Assembly: GCA_964234715.1 (NCBI GenBank) | Contig: OZ174282.1 | Length of the DNA stretch: 64,000 bases | Strand: one strand, 5' to 3' | From: Podarcis melisellensis | Taxonomy: Eukaryota | In this document: one piece after another, positions 26,276-39,247 of the stretch | Numbering within the stretch: the stretch's first letter is position 1 | How the letters are laid out: each line of letters begins with the position of its first letter | The notes under the pieces: model-generated | Told to the model about the DNA's origin: nothing | Databases searched by the model: none | Seen by the model: only the letters and a program-made list of their open reading frames with translations | Position numbers and translations under genes: made by a program

Positions 26276-27334
26276 TGAAGTGCTGGTAACTACCAGTGCT
26301 ACTATCCCCTTCACCTCCCCAGGGAGGGGTCAGCAAAGATCAGCGTCTGCCAGCAAACCAGTTAAGGGTGACTCCTGGTAAGAAATGAAGGGCAACGTGG
26401 AGATGAATTCTCAGTGGCTGCATCCATGCTAGAACTCAATGGGCTCTTCGAATTTGAGCCTGGGAATGTGAAAAAGACCCATTGTTCCTTCCTCTTTCTT
26501 GTTAATATGCCTCAGCATAAGCAATAAAATGGGATACAGACTTGGAGGCCTAATTCCTGCTTTTGACCTCACCCATGTATTTCCTGATATGATTTGTGTT
26601 CTCAGTTAGGATTATCTTTTCACCTAGTTTATTGCTAAGTGACACAGGAGGCCAGCGTGCTTGAAAGGAGGTGGCAGAATCATGGCAGATGTTCTCCCCT
26701 TCTCACAACTAGGCATTGGGGATGAATGACTGCCAAAGGTACCTTCAGGGCTGATTCTGTAGGACTCTGTGGGCAGGAAGCAAAAAGAGTCATTGCAATC
26801 AGGCTTAATAGTCAGTGGGGGGAAATGTTAGAGGGCAGAGAGATTCGTTTAAGCAGATTCTTACTTAGAAAAGAAGTGCTTTGTGTCTCTTCAGCCTCAT
26901 TAATGGGCAGCCCATGCACATGGAGGGAGGATTGCTCTGCAGATAGACTTCCTTCCTGAACTTCAAAACAGGAGGATAGATAATTGATTACAGGATAGAA
27001 GTAAGAAAGAGAAAACCACAAGGTAAAAAAATTAGTTGGAGGTATGTGGCACTGAACAGAACCAGTAATAGGAAATGACCAGACTGGGCCTTTCTTGAGT
27101 GCTGACAATATACCTTTGATCAAGTGAATCTGAACATTTCTTGGGAACAGATGGTGTTAACTACTTTAGACAGGACCAGTTCTCTGCAGTCCGGAAATAA
27201 AAGTAAGGGTACTTTTAAAGCAGTTGTCTTTCAGATATTGGAACCATACTCTTGTATAATGTTCAAGGCTAATATATAGCTTTTAATTGACTCGGTTTTC
27301 AAAATCCAGGTTGCAGTTGCACTTCTAGAGGTAG

Positions 27335-27565
<231 letters not shown>

Positions 27566-29626
27566 TAGTTGTTGAACATGCCCCTCTCTCTTTCCACAGC
27601 TATCATGGCATGGATCAGGATATCTAGTCTTTGGTGGCAAAAGGATGTCCCTGTTTGTAAGATGTTCTTAAGGTTTCTCAAATTAGAAGTGCTTATTTTG
27701 AAAGCTTATGCTAAACCTTGCATTTCTACCTTGAGGCTGGCTGCACCATTGGGAGGCCAAAGCACTAAGTTTATAGGGTGGCTTGGGGGGTGCTTCTTCA
27801 CTTGTGGATGCCTGGTTGCAGTGTTTACCTTTTCCCACTGCACAGGTGGCCAGGGAGACACCTGCAGATATAGGACCTGACTATTGGCAGCTGTCCCAGA
27901 GTGGATGCAACAAAATGTGTGCAGAAGCCCTACTGTAGGGTCACTCTTGTTTGGCCAATTAATAGAATCCCAAGAGTTGCATCTTCAACTTCATGGCTGT
28001 AAACTACCCTTGTGATTATTCAAATAGGAAAGGGTCAAAGGAGACCTTTCTTGCTTGTTTCTTCTTCATTTGGTAAAACTCCACTGTGGTCCCTTTTTTG
28101 CTGGCACTAAAGTATGATAAGACTAGGAGGAAAGTCATTGGCATTGGGATATGATTCTGTAGCTAACTTGTGCCCATGTAGAGGATTCTTATTAGTACGG
28201 CCAGAGCTGTGCTAGTTTTCTTCTGCCCCTGTACAAGGGACACGCACAGTTCTGAAGCAGAGGGCAAGGAGTTCCCTTGAGCTGACATTGGGCCTCTGCT
28301 AGCTTCCTGTGCTATAGGTTTGGAGTTTGCACCAAGGCCTGTTCTCTAGTGTTTCAGTGTGTGTTACCAGTTGTAAATGCACTAATATTTTGAGAATGCC
28401 ATATCAGAATAAACTTTAAATATAAAAATAGTTTCCATCAACGAGGCTGAGTTCAAGAGGAGAAAAATGCAAATACAATGTGGAAATACATGAGTGTAAT
28501 AACTAGAAATGCGAAACATCTTAACCAGAACTACTCTACGTTGATCAGCATTCAGCAAATAAGAATTCACATTTACCCTTTAAGCTGTCAAAAATAAAAT
28601 ACCTCTATCCAGCCACATATGTATGGCACAAACTCATATAATTTTATTCAAATCATTCAAGTAAAAAGGTGTTCAAGGCCCATTCAGTGTATTTTAACCT
28701 GGGGAATCTGACTCTTGCCTTAATTATTCTTATAGGTCCTAAATGTTATCGTGCTTTGGCCTTTTGACATGCAACATTTGTGGAAATAAACTCCACAGAT
28801 TTTGCATATAAAATGCAAAACCACAGTAACTGCTCAAAATAAGCTGGAACTTGTTTGAGAACCATCTCACTGCGATCTTCAGTACCCTCAAGTAACTTGT
28901 CTGAAAGGCTTTTTTTTAAAGTTCCAGCTTTTACATCTAATGTCCTCTTGTGCTTAAACAAGATTGTGCCCTTGACATTGCAGGACTCAAGTGGACGTAG
29001 ACTTGGTCCTCCTCCTGGCATAGCTCAAACACCCCTTCCATCCACAACTGTTAAAGCAGTCTTCTGTTGCTAGCCAAGGCTGAAAGGAGTTGTAGCCCAA
29101 AATGTCTGAAGGGCACCAGGTTGCCGTAGCCCGGCTAAAAGTATTGTCATACAAGTGGGTGGCTTTGAAAGGATGGCAGCTGACATGGGACATAGAAAAC
29201 TGCATTTTCTTGGTCTGTCTAGCCCAAGTCTTGTCTGCTCTGACTAGCATTAGCTTTTCAGGACAATTCTATGAGTCTTAAGTCTTTGTCTGGCCTGTTG
29301 CCTGAGATCCTTTTCAGTGGTCATGGCAGGGACAGAAACTGGGGCCTTGTCCATTCCAAGCATGTGCTGAGCTGCAGCCCGTCCACATTCCCCCTTATTT
29401 TAACTAGCAAGACGACTTTGGTGATATGTCTGAGACAGAGAGAGAAGATACAAAATGGAGACACTCCTCCTGCATGCCAAAGTCGTGTACCGTCTCAAGC
29501 CTGCTTGCACAGCTGGTTCATTCAGCCACGAGGTGCCCCTTGCCTCTGCCCGGCTCCTACCCATCGCCCTTGCATTGGCAGCTCTTGAGCTAGCTTTGTC
29601 CCGGTAGAGCTGCACAGCAGGTGTAG

Positions 29627-29779
<153 letters not shown>

Positions 29780-30167
29780 TAAGTTTACTGTGGCGTGTTT
29801 GTTTCCTGGTGGTGCCCAGGGTGGGGACACTAAGCATGATGTATAGGGCCTTTTCTTCTTCCCTACTGGAAATGGATTTTTCAACCCATGGGATTTATTG
29901 TATTTTGGTAACCTTTTTTTTTTTTTTTGAAGGGGGGGAACCCTCACAAAGCAGATTTAAAACGCACCCTGTAGGTACATTTACTTGATTAGGTTGCTGA
30001 TAATGGGAAGTGAAAGCCATTGAGGGGCCAAAATGTCCCTCTGTCAAATATATGAAATGCAGTGCAGCTTCTTTCTTTTTTTTAAAAAAAAATTATTATG
30101 GATTTTCTTGTTTTACAGAAGTGTAGTGCCTCGTATTTTTTCTTCTTCTTCCATGTAACATTTTTAG

Positions 30168-30425
<258 letters not shown>

Positions 30426-30703
30426 TAGGCACTTGTTTATATAAAAGCTGTTTGCCATTGCAAAAATGTTCGATTACATGAGCAAGGGGGAGTAATTCTA
30501 TAAAACCATGCATATAATATTCTGCAGAAGTAGGAGAATTTTATTGGAATTTAAGGAGGTAACCTCAATTTTGGAAGATAGAAAATATTTTAAAAGGACT
30601 CAGTGTAACTGCATTCTGAAATGTTTGTATCTCTCAAAATGAAAAATTCTGGGATTTCAAGTCATGCTGGGCCCTGGTAACTGCTCCCCCTTTTCTCCTA
30701 CAG

Positions 30704-30780
30704 ATCCAGTTGTGAAGGAGCAGGCCCAGCCCAGCTCTGACAGCCCTGTGCTCTCCAGTGGCCTCACAGCAGCACGATGA
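30704..30780 (+). CDS. CSNK2A2: CSNK2A2 exon 11 CDS (PVVKEQAQPSSDSPVLSSGLTAAR*)
   Basis: ctacag acceptor, TGA at 30778-30780; exon continues to donor CGG|gtaatt at 30798. Confidence 0.95.
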
Positions 30781-32983
30781 AGTTTGGGGGAACGACGGGT
30801 AATTCCAGAGGTTTACAAATACAAACACCCTTCAGTCACCTAGGGAAGGGATGAACCAAACCCCTGTATGCTCTGCAGCAAGCCTCGTCTTGAAGGGGGT
30901 TAGGGCTTAGCCTCCCTCTCTCTCCAGCACTTACGGCTACCCAAACTTTCTCTCTGTGTTACTGATCCAAACAGTTGTGCGAGATTTACTTGGATAAGCG
31001 GCTGTACCCCCACGGTCTGCACGACTGGCTCTGGGTTGATTCTGCAGTTTTGTACTCTACCTTTCCCAGCCTACCATTTTCTCTGTTCTTCCGTTGGGCA
31101 ACATTTCAATTTCTCCCCTCCCACAAACACTGGAATGTAGCATATGCACCCCATAGAGGCAAGCTCCTGTGGGGTCAGATTCTACTTAAGTCATAAGCAA
31201 ATTAAAGCCTGTAAGTGGTGGGTTTCACCTCTGCTCTCTCCAGGTCTCACTCTGGCCCTCATTTTCCTGTTTTAAAACCAGCAAGTCTTGGAAATGGTTT
31301 TGAGTCGGTCAAAAGTACATTCAAAGCAGGTAGCCATTGGGGAGAATCCTACTTCCTCCCCCTTCCATTCCCTCTGGGGAAGTGCCTGCCTTAGTTGGAG
31401 GAAAGGTCATTCTTTGAGACAGAAGGAGAGCTTCCTCTGGCGAGGCATGTTATTATCGCTAGAAAAGCCAACCTGGTCATTCCCATCACTGTGCAAAATT
31501 CAGAATTGTGTTGATTACAGCTGCTTTGACTATGTGAAAGAGGCAAAGAGGAAGTGTTTGGGCAAGGAGACCAGTGGGGAATTTTGGAAGCCAGACACGG
31601 AGGGGCTGTTCAGAATTGGTGTGCAACAATCTGCCAAGGGTTCAGATCCCTATAAGCATTTTTACATGCCCAGCCCAGTGTTGGAATTGTTGGGGTAGAA
31701 TCCTCTGCTTTGGGGGAATGGTGTGTAAGATGCTCCTTTTGTTTTTCCATTGGGTCTCGTCATGAGCCCCATAGTTCAACCCCACCTTTGGGGGGGATTA
31801 TATTGTGTGATTCTGGTGACTTCATATACCTAAATCCACACACAAAAAATGTCGCCATGCCGAAATGCAGATTTTTTTTTCTTTCTGTTACATTGTCAAA
31901 TATTTAATTTTAAGTAAGAAGGTTAGATTGTTTCTATTTGAAGCATCTGTTTACATTCCACATCCCCATAACGACATGTTAGCATTGATATCAGGTCAGA
32001 TCCATTTGTACAATTCACTGGAACCAATAAATCTCTCTGTGTACAAACCTGTGTTGTCCTCCGTCTAGTCTCTGGGAATTCCTTGGAAGGAAAGATCTGA
32101 TTTGGGGGTTGAGGTACAATTTTGGGGGCATAGGAGGAAAACCCTCTTGTTAATCTCTACGCCTTAAAGCTCAGTAGCTTGAGTAGAGCCTTGGATGTGG
32201 AAGACCTGTGTTCAGGTCCCAACTCACTGGCTGGCTTTGAGTGCAGGGTTTGCTCTGCTTTGCATCCCAGTTTTGATGTCCCTCTTGGACCTTTTATTTC
32301 TGATCACTTTGTTGACCACTTTCAGAGGACGTTTATGCCGAGCAGAATCTTAAAATGATGGACTCTTCCTTGTGACCTCTAATCACTCTTCCCTTAACCA
32401 TTGCTCACTTCTGTTTCACCCATACATCTTTTCTCACCTCGCTGTCCTTTCAGGAAAAAATAAAGTTTTGTTGCAATTCTGCAATTAGTTCTTTTTTAGA
32501 ACATTGACTAGCGAGCTCTGGCTAAATATCAAGAAGTAAGTGCATGGATTAATTTGTTTAAGAAAGCAGGTCAGCATTTCCACCTTCTATTCTCTTAATT
32601 TGAATTTGTCTACGTGGTTTTCATGGCCCCCAATTTACGCTTGTTTTACTTTTAAGAAAAGCCATTGTTCAAAATGCACACAAGATGTAAGACATTCTTG
32701 CGTAATTAAATGTTAGATTGAATGTAGAATTTGGGGGTGGGTAGGCATACTGCCGATCCTTGTAGCTATGTTTAGCTGAGTTCTGTCAAAGTACCATCAA
32801 AACTTACTGAAAGATAGAATCATTTTTATTGAAGTACCTGATGCGTCTTCTCAGTTCTTTGATCTAAAGGCTTCAAACATGAATACAAAATTTACTCTGC
32901 CTTTGACAAATGGGGGTAAGGATCCACCCCACTGCCCCTTGGAGACTGTGATGGAGTCTTTTTGCACAATGTGGTGGTACTAT

Positions 32984-33049
<66 letters not shown>

Positions 33050-33059
33050 TAATAATAAT
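32984..33059. repeat. Compound microsatellite (AGC)10(AAT)n
   Basis: Read directly. Confidence 0.95.
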
Positions 33060-33133
33060 GTAGCACTTTCATACGTACGTGAAGCTTTTTAAACATTAAC
33101 TTGTAAGCCTAAACAACAACTTTGTAAGGTAGG

Positions 33134-33181
33134 TTATTATTGTTGTTGTTGTTGTTGTTGTTGTTGTTATTATTATTATTA
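33134..33181. repeat. Compound microsatellite (TTG)n(TTA)n
   Basis: Read directly. Confidence 0.9.
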
Positions 33182-33529
33182 TCGTCATATTGCAGGGTTA
33201 AGGCTGAGGAAGAGTGGCCTCCCTAAGGCCACTGTTGGAGGTGAGATTTGAATTGGGGTTGCCTGATTTTGTAGCAGAATCTATTATCTGCTTGGCAGCC
33301 TCCCGGACATTGGCATGGGAACTGATGGCCCAGAATGAGCATGTTAGGGAGTGATGTGCTTAGCAAGCATTTCTCATTACAAACCAGGTCTGTGGCATTT
33401 CTTAATGTTGTGAGTTCAGGCATGCATATCCCAGGAGTGGTGTGGCCACGAGGACCTTCGCTTCCGATTATTGAGTTTTGTGTGCATGTTTGTTACCCCT
33501 CCTGTGGCAGCCAGCCATTTTTGGACAAG

Positions 33530-33680
33530 CAGAACTCTGCTGGATAAGGTCAGTGGCCCATCTAGGCCAGCATCCTGTTCTCACAGTGGTCAACCAGATG
33601 CCTGTGGGAAGCCTGCAAGCAGGGAATGAGTACAACAGTACTCTTCCCTCCTGCAGTTTCTAGCAACTGGCATTCTGCAA
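33530..33680 (-). mobile_element. CR1 3'-end fragment
   Basis: GGCCCATCTAGGCCAGCATCCTGTTCTCACAGTGG, reverse of a CR1 3'UTR; related copies at ~40370-40560 and ~52380-52490. Confidence 0.65.
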
Positions 33681-34870
33681 CCAGTTGCGTAACATAGGAA
33701 TGTAAGAAACTACCTTATACAGAACAACTGTCCATCTTGCTTGGTGTTGTCTATGCTAAGTGGAGGCAGATGCATTAGGGTGAATGGGCACTGCTTCAAC
33801 AACCTCAATCTGCCGTGGTCATTGGCTCTGGCTCCACTTATTATTGCTGGTCTCCCTGCCTTTCACCCTAACCATCCCAATGAGCATCAGCCACCACAGT
33901 GGCTCTCCAAGGTTTCACATATGAAGTCTTCCCCAGAGCTACCTGTAGGTCCTGGGTATTGAAAATGGGGCCTTGGGCCTGCAAAGCAGATTCTCTACCA
34001 CCAAGCTTCACCCCTCCCCTAAATGAGCTGCATTTGTATAGCTACTCTTCTGCATATTTCTGGTTTTGTTGGGTCATAAGGTGGGGCAGGAGCTCTCCCA
34101 GGTTAGAGTTCCAAGCAACTGAATGCTGTGTCTTTCATATCTGCTTGGCTTTGGCAGAATCTGAGCATATAAAGCCCTGTCTTCAGCCTGTGGCTGGAGG
34201 ATGTAACAAGTGGGAATGGAAAATCCAGCCGAAGGAGAGATGCATTGAGGCATGCTCTGTGCTGGGGGAAGGGATTTATGTGAAAGAGAAGTCTTCTTCG
34301 CTTCATAGCCTTCCGTCTAGGTGGACTAATCTTCAGAAACAAAGATGGAGGAGGTGCTTTCTATCATGGATGCAGTGGTGGAATGCTAATCTGAACATTT
34401 ATTTTCCTCTGACATTTTCCTTGCTTTTGCTTGCTGTTCCTCAAGGGCGTGGGGTGGGGTTGTTAGTGGTTTATTTTGTCCTTGTTCTATTATGTGTTTT
34501 GTATGTTTATCTTGTATTTTTATGCTGTGAACTGCCCGGAGATCTACAGATGAAGGGTGGTATACAAATTTAATAAGTAATAATAAAAGTCATCTCGTAT
34601 TCAGGCTCATGACTATACCATGCCAGTGCCTTGGCACAGTTCTTGGAGAGGCATAGTTGCTTCTCAGATTGGGAGCTCCTGTCAAGGCAGGTTGGCTCCA
34701 CAGTGTTGAAGCCTGCCATTGGAATGCAGTGGTGTTTGACCCAACAGGCCTTTGGCCATAAATGTAAACAGTTGCCTCTGGCTCTTGTTCCTTGTGCTAA
34801 CCATTCTGGCTACGCAGTGCCTCCAAGCTCCAGCTTTGCGTTTGATGCTTGCTTCCCGTCTCTTCCCTAG

Positions 34871-35300
34871 GTCTGTCTGGTGCTGTTCTCCCAATTTTCC
34901 ATAAGCAGAACAAGAACCAAATCAAACGTTTTAATCTGCTTGTGTACAGAGATGGTGGTGTGCAGCTTCCAGATGTCGTCATCCGAGTGGCAGGTTACGG
35001 GAGCAAGGACTGCGGCAGTGGCAGCAGCTGATGGGATCGAACAGCATATAAAAACACAAACCTTAACTTCTGTCTTTGACTTCCTGTTGACCTCTTCCTG
35101 ACCAAGAAAGCATGGGAAATGTGAAGGGTATGCGAAACCGCTGTTGGCTCAGGTGACTTCCCTGAACCCAGCCCAGTGTATGGTGTTCTGACCACCTGGC
35201 TCCTGTTTTGCGGGCTGGGGGAGGAGGGTGGGCCTGTGGCATGATGGACAGTTCTATATTAAGATAATTATATATTATTGAATAAAAGTTTTAAAAGTAA
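34871..35300 (+). other. CSNK2A2: CSNK2A2 non-coding terminal exon (3'UTR) with AATAAA at 35281-35286
   Basis: Strong acceptor tctcttccctag|; blocks such as TTTTCCATAAGCAGAACAAGAACCAAATCAAACG, AAAGCATGGGAAATGTGAAGGGTATGC and TATATTATTGAATAAAAG match my recollection of the mammalian CSNK2A2 3'UTR. Confidence 0.82.
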
Positions 35301-35563
35301 ATGTATGGAGAGTCGTACAGATGGAAGAAGGCATGCAGTGAGGCCTCTGCTTTGGAACAGGACAAATACTATATGGGGCGGTGGGGGAATGTCTCCTTGT
35401 ATAGGTCCACAGGACCTGCCACTAGACAGACAAAATTTTTATTAAGTAAAAGTTGAGAAAGAGCAATGAAGTTTCCTATGAATTCCTCCCATGCAATAAT
35501 CATTTAGAGTCAAGGCCCCTTCTCCCTAGAATTCCTCCCTGGTCCCTTCCTCAACCCCTAATG

Positions 35564-35811
35564 CATGGGTAGGCAAACTAAGGCCCAGGGGCTGGATCCG
35601 ACCTAATCGCCATCTAAATCCAGCCCATGGATGGTCCGGGAATCAGCGTGTTTTTACATGAGTAGAATGTGTCCTTTTATTTAAAAATGCATCTCTGGGT
35701 TATTTGCGGGGCATAGGAATTCGTTCATTCCCCCCCCAAATATAGTCCAGCCCCCCACAAGTCTGAGGGACAATGGACCGGCCCCCTGCTGAAAAAGTTT
35801 GCTGACCGCTG
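35564..35811 (-). mobile_element. hAT MITE, second copy of the 4026-4283 family, inverted
   Basis: Reverse-complement similarity along its whole length to 4026-4283; no intact TSD. Confidence 0.85.
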
Positions 35812-36874
35812 CAACAAACCAATCGATATATAAAATGATTCATGGGATTCAGATACTCTCATGATTGATTTCCAAAGCAGGTGATCAAAAAATAAGTGAA
35901 AGAAGAAAGAGGGAGAGATGTCATCCTGCTCATAGTCACTATCCCTGAAAATCAGAAACTGCTTCACAAGTTTGCTCCTGGGGGTCTTGGCATCAATCAG
36001 TCTTTTTTTTTTTTTAAATATAGCCTCTTTCCTTTGCTTCCCTTGACATCTTATGGCTGATCTATGCATGATGCCTGGCAATCCATGGCTGACCTGTTTG
36101 GGGAGTTTGTGCAGATTAAAGTGGAGAGGACCCCCAAAGAGCTGTACATTGCATGCAGCGGTGGTGGTGGTGGTGCTGCTGCTGTTGCTGTGCAAGAGGC
36201 TGCTTTCCTTCCCTGGGTGGGTTGGCTGGAAGAATATAGGACACCTGGAAAGCAGGGAAGCAGTCCTTGATCACAAAAAGGGAAGAGCAGAATGCTCCCT
36301 CTGCCAGTGCCACATCCTGGACACTTTCACTATTCCCATTTCTCTGTTTCCCCACAACAAGCACACACACACACACACACACACACAAAATCAGCCATGA
36401 TCAGTCTCCCAGAGTATGTAATTTGCCTCTCACAAATTCATGTCTGAGCATTCCGGGAGCCATTGGCTACCTCTAGCAACAAAGCATGCCAAGCAGGAAG
36501 CCTAGAGGGTAAAGCAGTGCCTGGACCATAGGGGAGAGAACAGTTTTGGAGGGCTGCTTCCCCTGGTTGTGAATTGTTGGAATAGCCTTATTGTGAAGGC
36601 GCTCTTCTTGCTCAGTACTAGAACTCAACCCGATACTGGAATACTAAGTTGCTTCTGAGGTCTGGAACTTATGCTGCAGTGCCTTGTTTTTAACTTGAAG
36701 GCAATTATTTAAATGGGGGTGGGGGGGAGATCCAACTGGATACTATTCCCCCCAGTAAAGAGTGCATTACTGCCTCCTTTAATACAGATAGCATTTCACC
36801 CTCTCTGTTGTCCAGACACTCCTGTTAACGGATCTGCTTGTGTGTCTTTCCACACAAATAAATTAAATATTGTA

Positions 36875-37105
36875 CAGTAGTACCTCAGGTTAAGAACTTA
36901 ATTCGTTCCGGAGGTCCGTTCTTAACCTGAAACTGTTCTTAACCTGAAGCACCACTTTAGCTAATGGGGTGCCGCACCGCTGGAGCACGATTTCTGTTTG
37001 CATCCTGAAGCAAAGTTCTTAACCCGAGGTACTATTTCTGGGTTAGCGGAGTCTGTAACCTGAAGTGTATGTAACCTGAAGCGTATGTAACCCGAGGTAC
37101 CACTC
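36875..37105. mobile_element. Tc1/mariner (Tigger/pogo-like) MITE
   Basis: TA-CAGTAGTACCTCAGGTTA...TAACCCGAGGTACCACTC-TA; internal TAACCTGAAG repeats. Confidence 0.85.
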
Positions 37106-37230
37106 TACTTGTGTTCACTGAGATACAACTTTTGTGATCCTTATTGTGGTGACCCTGTGGTTTTTGCTGTATGTCACTACAAATTTAAAAATGCTTGACA
37201 AGAGCTACAAATGTCACTATAACTAAAATC

Positions 37231-37369
37231 AGGTAGCTAGCCATGTTGGTCTGACACAGTCGAAATACATAAAAAAATAAAAAATTGTCCAGTAGCACCT
37301 TAGAGACCAACTAAGTTTGTTCTTGGTGTAAGCTTTCGTGTGCATGCACACTTCTTCAGATACACTGAA
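37231..37369 (-). mobile_element. Penelope-like element terminal-repeat fragment
   Basis: Minus strand TATCTGAAGAAGTGTGCATGCACACGAAAGCTTAC...GTTGGTCTCTAAGGTGCTAC matches the reptile Penelope pseudo-LTR pattern. Confidence 0.75.
37325..37365 (-). ncRNA. Minimal type I hammerhead ribozyme motif (Penelope-associated)
   Basis: CUGAAGA core, palindromic stem II GUGUGCAUGCACAC, GAAA, AGCU palindromic stem III, UH site, short imperfect stem I. Confidence 0.65.
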
Positions 37370-38024
37370 CTAAAATGTTTGTTTACACATAATGGTGGAC
37401 GGCAAGTAAAATAGCTTTATGGCTTGAAATGTCAGTACAGAAACATAAAAGAACATCATCATCATCATCATATGGTTATTTTATTTTTTAAATTAAATTT
37501 CTATACTGCCCTTCATCTGAAGATGACAGCAGTTTACGTAGATTTGTGTGGGAAGTTCCTTAAAGATAGAGTAAGCCTACAAGCTTCTTTTGACTGGTGC
37601 AGGTGAGAACATGGCAGCTGCTAAGGTGCCCTCAGCCAAAATCCAATTGCCGCCCTGGGTTCTAACATTTCTAAAAACATGTCTCTGTTTCAGTCCTTGC
37701 CTAGCAGTCCTAATCAAGGTTTAAGCACACATCTAAGAACTTTTCCACTTGCTTGCTGATGCTGCCCTCTTTTGCATGGGTCATGGCTGTTTTCTGTGCA
37801 ATCAGGAAGCAAGTGGCTGTACAACAAAATGGGGACAGCGTAAACTATTACTGTTTGGGATTCCCAATATTCCATTCTACTGTTCCCCACCCCAATTTAT
37901 GTTCCTCCCCCACATTCAACAGTAACTTTTCATTCAGTCCTCATTGGGCAGTTTTGAGGTGTCTTCACCCTCCCAGCTTTCTTTTTTTATGTATTAAAAA
38001 ACACTCCATGCTCTAAATTCCATA

Positions 38025-38600
38025 CTAAATGATTGCAATACTCTATGTGGGGCTGCCCTTGAAGACTACTCAGAAACGTCAACTGATCCAAACATATTAT
38101 TGGTTGGGGTTGCTTTACAATTCAACCCCTATTTTAAAACAGCTACATTAGCTGCCAATTCATTTCCTGTCTTAATTCAAGACAGGAATTCTCATGTTAG
38201 CATTGAAAGCCCTAAATGACTCAGGCCCAAATAGCAAAAAGGCCACCTTGTTCTCTAGAGACCATCTCCGGTGCTAAGGTGGGCAGAAGGGCCCCTCTTC
38301 ATAGTTCCACTCCTGAGGAGGTCCAGGGGTGGCAGCAGCCCAAGAGAAGACATTCTCTGTGATATTCCCTAAGTTGTAGAATTTCCTCCACACAGATTTG
38401 CATCTGACACCTTCACTATACAGCTTTTAAGGAATGCTGAAAACACACATCTTTAACCTGGCCTATGACACATTATCAGAATCCACCCTATTCTGGTGTC
38501 TGTAATCTGTTTCAACTGTTTTAAATCCTGAATTTCAAATTGCTTTACCCCTCCCTGGGACCTGTTGGTGAAAGGCAGGTAAAAAATTAGTGATAACCAT
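38025..38600 (+). mobile_element. L2-clade LINE 3' fragment
   Basis: Degenerate LYVGLPLKTTQK.QLIQ...ILKQLH*LPIHF...KALNDSGP motifs of L2 ORF2, followed by an L2-type tail. Confidence 0.72.
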
Positions 38601-39233
38601 AATAATAGAAGCTCTCTCCAAGTGTAGTTCTCCAGAAACTGGTACCTAGAGGCTTTTATCCTGTAGGTGATATATAGCTATTGTGACTAGTGGTCACTGA
38701 TGGTCTGCTCCTTCTGCATGCATTTTTCTAATTTCCTTTTCAAGCTATCCAAGCGAGTGATCACAATTTAAAGGCAAATTCATGGGGAGGCTGTTGGCCC
38801 ATGATGGCTTCCTATGACCTCCAGGTTACAGAGGTGGTAGCATCCTGCTGGTATCAACAGCTGAGGGTCGTGAATGGGAACAAATAGGGAGGGCAGCTTT
38901 GAACTGCTTAAAAGTTTAAAATAAGCAAATCATATTTTGCAGGCAGAGTGCAGTTCTGTATGCCTACACAGAAGTATGCCCCACTGAATTCAACGAGGGG
39001 ATTATTGAAGGTAGCGGGGTTGCTGCACAAGCTGCGTTATGCAACGAATTTATCTGAGGTTGTTTTGGAGGTCAGCTCTCAAGGGAAGTGAGTTGGAAGT
39101 TGGAGGAAGGCAAACAAGCAAAAGAGACAAGGGAGTTTCAGACCTATACTAGAAACTACTGAATGGTCCTCTCTGCACTTTTCCGATCTACGGAGTAAGC
39201 GGACGCGGTGAGGTAGTTCCCTCGTCCCGCCCC

Positions 39234-39247
39234 GTTGCCCAGGCAAC
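39234..39247. promoter_or_regulatory. RFX X-box upstream of CFAP20
   Basis: GTTGCCCAGGCAAC, near-perfect palindromic X-box 340 nt upstream of the ATG. Confidence 0.8.

Noticed and set aside
33899-34573. 224-aa ORF in the CSNK2A2 3'UTR intron
   Set aside because: Non-ATG start, no domain, and the hydrophobic end is just a T-rich L2-type repeat tail
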